Assembly: GCA_963711275.1 (NCBI GenBank)
Contig: CAVQDN010000022.1
Span: forward strand, 1,301 to 65,300
Length of the DNA stretch: 64,000 nt
Reading direction: 5' to 3'
From: an uncultured Acidobacteriaceae bacterium
GTDB taxonomy: Bacteria > Acidobacteriota > Terriglobia > Terriglobales > Acidobacteriaceae
Made by a program: the position numbers and the translations under genes. Below the pieces are notes generated by a model. That model was given only the letters and a program-made list of their open reading frames with translations, did no database searches and was not told where the DNA came from. Below are positions 50,013-58,451 of this stretch, one piece after another (position 1 is the stretch's first letter; each line of letters opens with the position of its first letter).

Positions 50013-51473
50013 GTGTGCGTCGTGATTGCCGCTGCGTTTGCCGGCGGAGTCTGGTGGAAGTTGAAGACCGTGCAGTTGGGCAGCGCCATGGTTGACGCGG
50101 AAAAACTCGACGAGGAAAACGCCCGCGAAGAGAATATCCAGAACGAAAAAATTGCGGCCAAACCCTTTGGAGAGAGTGCGCAGAACGCTGTTCCACCATC
50201 GCCTGAAGCAAATTCCGCAACCGCCGCGAACTCCAGTTCAGACCTGATTTCCGATTCCAGCCAGCCCACCAATTCGCCTGCAACCGCGCAGGAGTTGTCG
50301 AAGTTTCCGCGAGTCACCGGAATACGGCACTGGTCTTCCGTCGATTCCAGCACCGTGGTTCTCGATCTCGAAGATCAGGTGCAATACGAAGCGCACCGCC
50401 TGGCCGGCCCGGAGCGCATTTATTTCGATTTGCGCGATACCCAACTCGCCAACGACCTGATCGGCAAGGCGATGGATGTGGGCGAGACGCTGGTCAGCCG
50501 GGTCCGCATGGCGCAGCCCGTGGCGGGCATGACGCGCATTGTTCTGGAAACCAAGGCCAACTCAACCTTCTCCGTCAGCCTGGAACCGAATCCGTACCGC
50601 CTCGTCGTGGAAGTGCGCAAGGTGGGCGCGACTCCGAAAGCCGCAGTGAATCTGTTCCCCAACACTCCAGCGGAGAAGAGCAAGCTGGCCATCGTGATTC
50701 CTCCGCCCGGCAAAGAAGATTTGCAGCTGCGGACGCGCGTCCCCAAAATGCGCATCGTGGTCGACGCCGGCCACGGCGGATGGGATCTCGGAACGGTAGG
50801 CCGCCGCGGCTTGCTGGAAAAAGATCTGGTCCTCGAAATCGCGCAACGCCTGGGCAAGCTGCTCGAAAGCCGGCTGGGGATGGAAGTGATCTACACCCGC
50901 CAGGACGACAACTACATTCCTCTCGACGAGCGCGCCAGCATCGCCAACCAGTCGCAGGCCGACTTGTTCGTCTCGGTGCACGCCAACTACAGCGACCTGC
51001 CTTCGGCGCGCGGCGTGGAAACCTACTATACAAATTTCTTTTCGGCGCCGGGGTCGAAAGAGGCTGGTCCAAGAGAAGCCGGCCCAAAAGAAATTGGCTT
51101 TAGAGATGTTGACGCTCGTTCGAACGCCAGCGGCGCCAGGAATCTCGTGACCCCCACGCTTTCGCCCGCCGAACTGCACGACCGCATCGAGCAGTCGCGC
51201 CGGCTGGCGGCCAGTGTGCAGCGGTCGCTTTACGGCACGCTGTCGGTGCAAAATCCCGGCCTGCGCGACCGCGGCATCAAAGAAGCCGGATTCGTCGTGC
51301 TCACCGAAAGCGCGATGCCTGGAATCCTGGCCGAAGTCTCCTTCGTCAGCAGCCCCACCGACGAGCAAAAACTCCGCAGCGACGGCTACCGCGAACAAAT
51401 CGCCGAAGCGCTGTACAAAGGCATCGCGCGCTATGCGGCAAGTTCGCATGCGGTGAAAGTGGCGGCGCGGTAG
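50013..51473 (+). CDS. amiC: N-acetylmuramoyl-L-alanine amidase with TM anchor and AMIN domain
   Basis: TM LLLLVCVVIAAAFAGGVWW. AMIN (VTGIRHWSSVDSSTVVLDL...TRIVLET...YRLVVEV). Amidase_3 (IVVDAGHGGWDLG...DLFVSVHAN...GFVVL..S.MPGILAEVSF.S). The frame is open upstream to 49767 with no ATG/GTG/TTG before 50013. Confidence 0.8.
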   Translation: MCVVIAAAFAGGVWWKLKTVQLGSAMVDAEKLDEENAREENIQNEKIAAKPFGESAQNAVPPSPEANSATAANSSSDLISDSSQPTNSPATAQELSKFPRVTGIRHWSSVDSSTVVLDLEDQVQYEAHRLAGPERIYFDLRDTQLANDLIGKAMDVGETLVSRVRMAQPVAGMTRIVLETKANSTFSVSLEPNPYRLVVEVRKVGATPKAAVNLFPNTPAEKSKLAIVIPPPGKEDLQLRTRVPKMRIVVDAGHGGWDLGTVGRRGLLEKDLVLEIAQRLGKLLESRLGMEVIYTRQDDNYIPLDERASIANQSQADLFVSVHANYSDLPSARGVETYYTNFFSAPGSKEAGPREAGPKEIGFRDVDARSNASGARNLVTPTLSPAELHDRIEQSRRLAASVQRSLYGTLSVQNPGLRDRGIKEAGFVVLTESAMPGILAEVSFVSSPTDEQKLRSDGYREQIAEALYKGIARYAASSHAVKVAAR

Positions 51474-51501
51474 GGCTTTCGGCTTTCGGCTTTCGGCTCT
51501 C
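51474..51501 (+). repeat. period-7 microsatellite (GGCTTTC x3-4)
   Basis: ggctttc ggctttc ggctttc ggctctc fills the entire 26-nt gap between convergent stops (51473 and 51500). Confidence 0.85.
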
Positions 51502-52123
51502 AGCTGTCCGCTGGCTTCTCGCTCGCTACCTCTAGCAACCAATTGCGGGCAAGTGTCTGCACGCTTCTCCGAACCTCGTTCCGCCGGGTCTCATTCATCG
51601 CGTCTGCTTTCGCCCCTTCGATTTTCGCTTCTTGGCCCTCTTCTTCTTCCGCTCCTTCGGCCTCTTCTTCTTCCGGTTCCTCGGCCTCTTCTTCGTCGGA
51701 CGCCGCCTCGTCCTCGGCTTCAAAGTCTTCTTCAAACCACTGCGGACCGCCCAGGCTGGTGCGATGGACGTCGTCGCGGTCGATTACAACGTCCGTGGCG
51801 TCGCGCACTTCGAAGGTCGCATTGCGCAGGTTGACGCTGGCCGTCTGCAGAGCGTAGAGCATGAGTCCGGCGGTCTTGTGGTCCAGGCGCCCGGCGCCGA
51901 GCATCTGGATCACTTTCATCAGCGCCATCTGCACCGAGTTCGCGTCTTCCAGCAGCGGCAACTCGAACAGACGCTGCGCCGACAGATCCGCCGCAATTTT
52001 CGCCTGCTCCCGCCGAATGCGCTCATGAAAAAAGCAATGCCGCCTGCGCCGCAGCGCCGGAGACCCGCACTGCGTCCCATTCATCTTTACATGCTGACAT
52101 CTTGGAACATCTTCCAGCCCCAT
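51500..52123 (-). CDS. hypothetical protein with Cys/His N-terminus and poly-acidic tail
   Basis: CQHVKMNGTQCGSPA..RRRHCFFH (possible zinc knuckle). Tail EDEAASDEEEAEEPEEEEAEGAEEEEGQE. Confidence 0.5.
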   Translation of the reverse strand: MGLEDVPRCQHVKMNGTQCGSPALRRRRHCFFHERIRREQAKIAADLSAQRLFELPLLEDANSVQMALMKVIQMLGAGRLDHKTAGLMLYALQTASVNLRNATFEVRDATDVVIDRDDVHRTSLGGPQWFEEDFEAEDEAASDEEEAEEPEEEEAEGAEEEEGQEAKIEGAKADAMNETRRNEVRRSVQTLARNWLLEVASEKPADS

Positions 52124-52463
52124 ATTTTTCTCACCTCATTCTTCTCGTCAGTCTTCTTGTCCCCGCGGAAATCGAGGGTATCCCCCTCCCCCCGTGAATC
52201 TTGGGAATCATGGGGTTAGCACGAAATTCCCCGCAAAATCCGGATGGCAAAGACGTTAGATATCAAAATCCGTGAAACAAAGGATTTAGAGGCGGACTGT
52301 TTGGTTTCGACCAGACTGTCGCGACCTGGGCCATAATTGCGCGGATGAAATCCTCAGTCAAGGTTGGGCGTCACATGCGGGGCTGTGGAAAAGGGCAAGC
52401 CTCAGGTCAGTTGCAACTGTGATTTCAATTGGAGATTCGACATTCCCGACCTAAAATGGTTCT

Positions 52464-52688
52464 ATGGAGATTTCATTAGCACCTGAGCTTGAGGCGAGGC
52501 TTGCCCGGATCGCTTCAGAGGCGGGAAAGGCCACAAACCAAGTGGTGCAGGAATTGGTTGCGAGCTACGTGGACCATGACGAATGGTTCAGACGAGAAGT
52601 GCAGAAAGGGCTGGACTCCCTGGACGGCGGCAAGTTTGTGTCGCATGAGGAAGTGGGCCGGCAAATCGAACGCATTCTGAAATCGTAA
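52464..52688 (+). CDS. type II antitoxin (ParD/RelB-like)
   Basis: MEISLAPELEARLARIASEAGKATNQVVQELV..YVDHDEWFRREVQKGL.SLD.G.FVSHEEV. TAATG overlap with the toxin gene. Confidence 0.7.
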   Translation: MEISLAPELEARLARIASEAGKATNQVVQELVASYVDHDEWFRREVQKGLDSLDGGKFVSHEEVGRQIERILKS

Positions 52689-52964
52689 TGATCGTTCGCT
52701 GGTCGCCTGAAGCCGCCGCCGATTTCGCAGCGATTGTCGAATATATCCACAGGCAGAATCTCTCAGCAGCCGAACGCGTAGCGCACAAAATCTACGAAGG
52801 TGTGGCATCGCTGGCATCGTTCCCAAAGCAAGGAACGTCCCGGAAGAATCAAGGGCACCCGTGAATTGGCGTTTTCGCCTCTTCCCTACGTTGCTGTGTA
52901 TCGAGTGAAGGACGAAGTGGTGGAAATTGCGCGGGTGCTGCATGGGGCGCAGCGCTGGCCGTGA
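52688..52964 (+). pseudogene. RelE/ParE-family toxin with a 1-nt frameshift
   Basis: MIVRWSPEAAADFAAIVEYIHRQNLSAAERVAHKIYEGVASLASFPKQG, then after a shift near 52835 RPGRIKGTRELAFSPLPYVAVYRVKDEVVEIARVLHGAQRWP*. Confidence 0.65.
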
Positions 52965-53032
52965 GGTGGCTCGCGGCGTGGGCGACGATGTTCGAGTCGA
53001 ATTAAAGAGCGCTCGCTGCATGCTTCACCTTG

Positions 53033-53067
53033 CCCACCCTTGCGAAGAACGCAAGGATGGGGCACCC
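53033..53067. repeat. R3 palindromic repeat (opposite orientation)
   Basis: cccacccttgcgaagaacgcaaggatggggcaccc. Confidence 0.8.
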
Positions 53068-53163
53068 TCTGTGTTGATGGTGCCAGCGAAAATCAAAATA
53101 TGGGCCACCCGCCCGTTCAGTCGAGCGGAATCCTGCTTCTATTCCATCGGCCTCCGAGATAGC

Positions 53164-53242
53164 TGGTGAAAAATCGCTATTACGCTCATTGACCACGCAG
53201 CCGGGGTTTTGAGTGTAAACGCCTGGTTACGACAGTTAACTT
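53164..53242 (+). repeat. X-box repeat
   Basis: tggtgaaaaatcgctattacgctcattgaccacgcagccggggttttgagtgtaaacgcctggttacgacagttaactt. Confidence 0.65.
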
Positions 53243-53347
53243 ATTCTGCGCGAAATATTTTCCTTCAAACTAGCGATTCGCTTAGCATGTAAACGTGCCA
53301 CAACTCACGAAGGTGTGCGTAACACCCACATCCCTGCTGGCGGCATA

Positions 53348-53695
53348 ATGAAATCGGTTCTTCCACCTGAGCTGGAATCAAAGCGCATTAAAATAGCGAA
53401 AGTACACAATCTCCTCGTCTGTGTTTTGCTAGGGCTGCTATTCGGGCTGTTGCTGATCGCCGTGTTATTGCCGCACAGCCCTACCCACAAACCTTTTAGT
53501 ATGGTCCTCGTGGTGGCTTTCTTGGCAATTGGTCTGCTTGAGGCGTATGGAATCTACCGAATCATCCAGCATGACAATGAGCTTTGCCGCCAATTGGGCT
53601 ACATGTGCCCCTTTTGTCACAAGCCGCTGTACGAAGCGCGTGCATCCACTTGGGTTGACGGCCTCTGTCCGAAATGCCACAAAAGCGTTGTTTAG
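53348..53695 (+). CDS. small 2-TM protein with C-terminal zinc ribbon
   Basis: TMs LLVCVLLGLLFGLLLIAVLL and MVLVVAFLAIGLLEAYGIY. CPFC...CPKC pair. AT-richer island. Confidence 0.5.
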   Translation: MKSVLPPELESKRIKIAKVHNLLVCVLLGLLFGLLLIAVLLPHSPTHKPFSMVLVVAFLAIGLLEAYGIYRIIQHDNELCRQLGYMCPFCHKPLYEARASTWVDGLCPKCHKSVV

Positions 53696-53761
53696 GTCTG
53701 GCAGCGCGTTTTCTGCCTTACTTTATTCAAGTGAGAGGTTCGCGGAACCCAAGTCATCCTG

Positions 53762-54202
53762 TTAGTCGCTCGGGTAGTAACGGTGGATCACGTTTGAATT
53801 GATCCTCTGTTCAACTTTGCACCCGTCGATAGACTCATCGGGGATGAACCAAACGTTTGGGTTCGACGGGTCATAGCGAAGTAAAAACTTACGCCCAATC
53901 ATTCGGTCAACGATGGATTGAATGAGTTCCTCACTGGGGAACCGCTTTGGCATCAGGGCAAACCGGCCAGAGTAATACTCCCCGGCGACCTGATAAGAGA
54001 ATGCGAATGTCGGCAGAACGACTTTATTAGTCTCTGAGGTCGCTTCAAGCGCACCTGATTCGACCTTTGCTTCAACTGGAAGCCATTGCCTGGCTTCTTG
54101 AAGAACCTTGCGCTGCCGATAGACCGAGACGATCCAAAGAGCAATGCAAATGCCAACGGCACTTGCAACGACGACTATAACGGTCGCCAAGCTTACATCC
54201 AC
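53762..54202 (-). CDS. DUF3592-like membrane protein
   Basis: N-terminal TM VIVVVASAVGICIALWIVSV, then W.PVEAKVESG.........LPTFAFSYQVAGEYYSGRF, which resembles DUF3592. Confidence 0.55.
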   Translation of the reverse strand: MDVSLATVIVVVASAVGICIALWIVSVYRQRKVLQEARQWLPVEAKVESGALEATSETNKVVLPTFAFSYQVAGEYYSGRFALMPKRFPSEELIQSIVDRMIGRKFLLRYDPSNPNVWFIPDESIDGCKVEQRINSNVIHRYYPSD

Positions 54203-54357
54203 AACACGAATTATGGCATATATCCAGTTCGGCGAATGTCTAAGGTGCCTTGTCGGTCAGGGGTCTGCTTCGCCCATTGCACACTTTGTTCGTGTGGTCC
54301 AATTCCGGACCATCCCTGTAAAATGCCAATACGAAGATGCCTTGGTGAGAGCGGTAG

Positions 54358-54951
54358 ATGAGCCAGATCAGTCGCAGGAACTCGCTGGTCCTACTGTTGA
54401 AATTCCTGGTATGCGCAGCTCTGCTGTTCATCATTTTCATCTTCGTTACCATCCCAGGATTCAAGGATCTTCCACGAACGATATACAACTATTCTCGCCG
54501 GTCCCCGCTTATTATGGCGTGGAATGGCGTGGAGTTTAAGCTGCCGCCGCCATGGTTCCGATTGGGTAACAAAGAGCAGGTTGACGGAGAAGTGACGTTC
54601 TTTCGCGATCAATTTCCTTCGGCACAGCATGTGTTTTCCTCAATTACATTGAAGCCCCCATTCAGCAACAATTTCGCTCAAGATCCTGAAAACGGGTTAG
54701 TACGATGGGAGCACCTTCACGATTCGGTAAGGTCGATCCCAAACGCATACCCCAAAGTCGTTACGTCCTATTACTCGAATGCCTACACGGCGAAACATGC
54801 GTTTCGTTGCGCGAATACGGTCTTGCAAGTGGGGGGTGAGACACTCATGAACATTGATTGCATTGAGACTCACGATGGCTGGCGCTTCGATTACAAAGGA
54901 GTGCCAGACGATTCTTCTGAAGGGATGTCGGTCCTGCAAAAGAGCATGTAG
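54358..54951 (+). CDS. membrane-anchored hypothetical protein
   Basis: ORF with N-terminal TM LLLKFLVCAALLFIIFIFVTI. No family recognised. Confidence 0.45.
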   Translation: MSQISRRNSLVLLLKFLVCAALLFIIFIFVTIPGFKDLPRTIYNYSRRSPLIMAWNGVEFKLPPPWFRLGNKEQVDGEVTFFRDQFPSAQHVFSSITLKPPFSNNFAQDPENGLVRWEHLHDSVRSIPNAYPKVVTSYYSNAYTAKHAFRCANTVLQVGGETLMNIDCIETHDGWRFDYKGVPDDSSEGMSVLQKSM

Positions 54952-54970
54952 AAGAACATTTGGGTAACTC

Positions 54971-55040
54971 TTGAAACATCGCCATAGCGCTCAAAATGCT
55001 CGGAACAGGGATTCTGAGTGTCAATTGGGCGTGGCTGTTG
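54971..55040 (+). repeat. X-box repeat (diverged)
   Basis: ttgaaacatcgccatagcgctcaaaatgctcggaacagggattctgagtgtcaattgggcgtggctgttg. Confidence 0.55.
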
Positions 55041-55257
55041 AAAAACTCGATCCCCAGAAAATGCCCGAAAAAAACTTTGCAATAGGAAGCCCTACAAACG
55101 ACTTACTCGGTTTTCCTAGACATTTTCCATCCCCCAAATTGTGGCTGTTTTGCAGAAAATGGACTTTTTCAACACCCACGAGCCTTTACAGCAGTAATCT
55201 TGAAATCGCGCGGAAATACGATATGGTGTTTTTGCAGAAAGCTCTTTTCGCATCCTC

Positions 55258-55659
55258 ATGGTTCCGACCGTACAATCTGACGCGAAACGAACAGTTGGAG
55301 CTGGGTTGCTGATGCTGGGCTCCGTAATGCTAGCGCTGGGCGTTTCAATGATGGGCAGCCTGCTCTGGGTTGGGTGGCCGCATACCACAAATCTGGGGAG
55401 AACGCTCGCATTGTCTTTACTGGGCGTCGTTCTGGGTGTCGGCGGATACCGGGTTGCATCCAACACGTGGGTCGATTCCTGGCAGGTACCGCACAGAGCG
55501 ACAGCACTAGGTGCGCTGCTCTTTTTGGGGTATGCAGTTAAAACAATGCTCCTACACGTACCCAAACCTCAATTTCCTCCGCTTTGGATGTTGATGGCTG
55601 CGCTACTGGCGCTAGTTTCTTGGTATTTCGCGATACGCCACAGGCATACTTGGCGATAA
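55258..55659 (+). CDS. small polytopic (about 4 TM) membrane protein
   Basis: Four hydrophobic segments. The stop TAA overlaps the start of an X-box repeat. Confidence 0.45.
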   Translation: MVPTVQSDAKRTVGAGLLMLGSVMLALGVSMMGSLLWVGWPHTTNLGRTLALSLLGVVLGVGGYRVASNTWVDSWQVPHRATALGALLFLGYAVKTMLLHVPKPQFPPLWMLMAALLALVSWYFAIRHRHTWR

Positions 55660-55725
55660 ATCGCCATTACACTCATTGACCCGGATCGGGGCCAATTATC
55701 AACGAGTGTGGCCCGATATCTGGCA
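55652..55725 (+). repeat. X-box repeat
   Basis: tggcgataaatcgccattacactcattgacccggatcggggccaattatcaacgagtgtggcccgatatctggc. Confidence 0.6.
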
Positions 55726-56028
55726 GCAAACAACAGTCGTCGGATCACTACCAGACTTGCGTCGCGTAAGGGCATGGCTTGCCACCGTGCCCTGTCATGT
55801 CGTGTTCTTTTAGAAGCCGTATTGCGAATTGCTCTGCTCGAATAGCCGCCAGCCTCTCCTCCGCCGTCAGGTCACGCCGTGCCGCGAGCTTGCGAATGTT
55901 AGAAAGGTGTTGCTCCAATTCGTCCTTGCCTGCGCATTCCATTACTCATGCTCCCCTAAAACGTTACTGCGTGGTTGGCCCTGTCGCCAATCTATTCGCT
56001 CAGTTTAACGGGCTGTTCAGGTCAAAAT

Positions 56029-56070
56029 CCCCACCCTAGTCGCAAAGGGCGCGACTAGGATGGGGCACCC
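56029..56070. repeat. R3 palindromic repeat (opposite orientation)
   Basis: ccccaccctagtcgcaaagggcgcgactaggatggggcaccc. Confidence 0.8.
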
Positions 56071-56109
56071 TCGGGGTCTTTTTCAGATTCAATCGTATTT
56101 CAGATTGAA

Positions 56110-58305
56110 TCAGTTTCCGGCGGGGAGGCCGCCGTATTTTTGCAGCCAGTTTAGTTCTTCACGCACTTTGATTTTTCCGTGCCAGGGATTTTTGCTTAGG
56201 CTGTGGCCTTCGCCGGGGAAGATCAGCAACGCGTTGGGGATGTCTAGCGAGTAGAGGGCGTGTTCGAGGAGATAGTCTTCCATCACGGCTACGCGGATGT
56301 CGTTGGCGCCGGCGACCATGTGGGTGGGCGTTTTGACTTTGTCGATTTGGAAGATGGCGGCTTCGTCGTGATAGCGCTGGGGGGCTTCCCAGGGGCGTCC
56401 GCCGAGGAAGTAGGCGTCGTCGTAGGTGGTGTCGTCGTTGCCCCAGTTGCCGATGTGCTCGACCGCGCCGGCGCCGGTGACGGCGGCTTTGAAGCGGGTG
56501 GTTTGGGTGATGAGCCAGTTGGTCATGTATCCGCCGTAGCTGTAGCCGGCGATGGTGAGGTGGTCAGGATCGGCGATGCCGTCTTTGACCAGGGCGTTGA
56601 CGCCTTCGAGAATGTCTTTGCCGGGGCGGGAGACGATGGTGGGAACGATCTGCAGGAGAAATTTGTCGCCGTATCCGGTGGAGCCGCGGTAGTTGGGCTC
56701 GAAGACCAGCCATCCGTTAGTGGCGGCGAGCGCGGCCCACTGGTACCAGTCGGCTTCGAAGTGGTTGCCGTCGGCGTCGGCGGGGCCGCCGTGAATCAGG
56801 GTCAGCATCGGTAGGTGTTTGGCTTCGAATTTTCCCGGGGGATAGATCAGCATGCCTTCGACGGTGGTGCCGTCGTCGGCCTGCCATTTATAGGGCTTGC
56901 CTTGAGGGAGATCGCGTTCGGTGAAGAGTTTATTGAAGGATGTGATGGGCTTCGCTTGATCGAGGTTAGCGGCGCTGTCGGCCAGGTAGATCTCTTCGGG
57001 CTTGCCGAGAGAGGAGTAGATGAAGGCGATTTTTGGCGAGTGTGTGGCGGTGGAAATTTGGGCATAGGTGCCGGGCCATTGGCTGAGGCGGTGGAGTTCA
57101 TCGGACGGTTTGGCGGCGGAATATATTTGGACTTCGGTGCCTAGGCGCGCGGAGGCGAAAACGCTATCGCCGGACACGGCATAGTGCTCGACGGGACCGA
57201 TGAAGGCTTTGGACCATTGCTCGATGGTGCCATTTTCGCTATCGACCCAATAAAGATGGGGTTGCAGGTCGCGGTAGGGGCCGGAGACGTCGCCGACTTC
57301 GACGGTGAAGAAGATGTGGCGGCTGTCGGGAGCCCAGTGGGGGCGAGTTTCGGTAGCTTGATTGTTGGTGATGCGGCGGGGGTGCGATGGGGCTTGCGAA
57401 TCGACTCCGGCGTGCGCGTTACTTTCGGCAGTGGCGGACAGGAGTGTCCGCCCCGCATTTAACGTGTAGATTTCGACGTCTTCGTATTTTTCCTGGCGCT
57501 GGTTGATGGCGTTACTGATGAAGGCTAGCTTTTGGCCGTCGGGGGATGTGATCAAGCTTTCTACTCGCAACGGGGTGGTCGCGATGGCGTGGGCGCCGGG
57601 AGTGAGATCGGGTTCTTTTTCGGTGTCATGATCGCGCTTCTTTGTTTTTGTCGGGCTGGCTGCGTGGCGGGCCAAGGCTTCACCCAAGTCGAGCGCGAAG
57701 ATGGTGTCGCCGCGTTCGGCGGTGCGGTATTGGAGGACGTCTTTCCATTCTTTTTTGTAGTCGTCTTTTTGCTGCTTGGTCCAGGGTTGGCGCGTGGCGA
57801 AGTAGATGGTTTGCGAATCCGCCGACCAGGAAAATGTGTGGACTTCTTCTTCGCCTTGAGTCACGGGAAAGGCTTCGCCCCCGTTGGGCGAGATTAGATA
57901 GATCTGAGCGGGTTCGCCATTATTCTTAGAGTCGGACTCGGAGTCGGAATCGTTGTCGTCATCTTTCTCGGCCGAGGACTTGCGTTCCGAGAGGAAGGCG
58001 ATCCAGCGACCGTCGGGCGACCACTTGGGTTCTGTGTCGTGGCCGGATTGCGTCAGCTGAATCAGGGATCCGCCTTTGCCGTCGTCGCGATAGAGCCAGA
58101 GATCTTTGCGGAAGATTTGCTGGTCCCAGTCGGCGCGCTCGGTTCCAATCACAACGGAATTGCCGTCGGGAGAAATTTCGAGCGCGGGGAAGCTGACGGA
58201 GTTGAAGAATTCGTCGAGCGTGAGTTTGGGTTTGTTTTGGGCTGCGGTGATAACGGCGAGGGTCGCGACGATCCCCGCGATGCAGACAAGTTTCCGGATT
58301 CGCAT
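56110..58305 (-). CDS. S9 family serine peptidase (prolyl oligopeptidase/acylaminoacyl peptidase-like) with N-terminal beta-propeller
   Basis: Signal MRIRKLVCIAGIVATLAVITA. TolB-like propeller repeats (PKWSPDGRWIAF, SPDGQKLAF). Catalytic GYSYGGYM, later D and H (FPGEGHS). Confidence 0.88.
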   Translation of the reverse strand: MRIRKLVCIAGIVATLAVITAAQNKPKLTLDEFFNSVSFPALEISPDGNSVVIGTERADWDQQIFRKDLWLYRDDGKGGSLIQLTQSGHDTEPKWSPDGRWIAFLSERKSSAEKDDDNDSDSESDSKNNGEPAQIYLISPNGGEAFPVTQGEEEVHTFSWSADSQTIYFATRQPWTKQQKDDYKKEWKDVLQYRTAERGDTIFALDLGEALARHAASPTKTKKRDHDTEKEPDLTPGAHAIATTPLRVESLITSPDGQKLAFISNAINQRQEKYEDVEIYTLNAGRTLLSATAESNAHAGVDSQAPSHPRRITNNQATETRPHWAPDSRHIFFTVEVGDVSGPYRDLQPHLYWVDSENGTIEQWSKAFIGPVEHYAVSGDSVFASARLGTEVQIYSAAKPSDELHRLSQWPGTYAQISTATHSPKIAFIYSSLGKPEEIYLADSAANLDQAKPITSFNKLFTERDLPQGKPYKWQADDGTTVEGMLIYPPGKFEAKHLPMLTLIHGGPADADGNHFEADWYQWAALAATNGWLVFEPNYRGSTGYGDKFLLQIVPTIVSRPGKDILEGVNALVKDGIADPDHLTIAGYSYGGYMTNWLITQTTRFKAAVTGAGAVEHIGNWGNDDTTYDDAYFLGGRPWEAPQRYHDEAAIFQIDKVKTPTHMVAGANDIRVAVMEDYLLEHALYSLDIPNALLIFPGEGHSLSKNPWHGKIKVREELNWLQKYGGLPAGN

Positions 58306-58451
58306 AGGGTCCCGTGGGAAGAAGGGTTATACAACGGCGGATTCGGTAAGCGCAAGTCTGCGACTCAGGTTTCGTCGCGGAAAATGTTTTGCAGTACGCC
58401 GTTCTTTTATCGAACTTTTATCGGACTTTAGTACTGCCCGAGACGTGCAGA

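Noticed and set aside
52464-55942. Integron cassette array (CALIN), with the X-box repeats acting as attC sites.
   Set aside because: The X-box copies share orientation and lie 3' of ORFs. However, I could not find the RYYYAAC / GTTRRRY core pair at their ends on either strand. Their arms look more like direct than inverted repeats. Two of the ORFs are on the opposite strand, and no intI gene is in the window. The idea is kept only as something to test with a proper attC model.
55748-55942. 64-aa minus-strand ORF (MECAGKDELEQHLSNIRKLAARRDLTAEERLAAIRAEQFAIRLLKEHDM...), considered as a small helical regulator or antitoxin.
   Set aside because: It is plausibly real (helical, charged), but I see no partner gene, no recognisable family and no clear RBS. 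It is left unannotated and mentioned only in the island finding.
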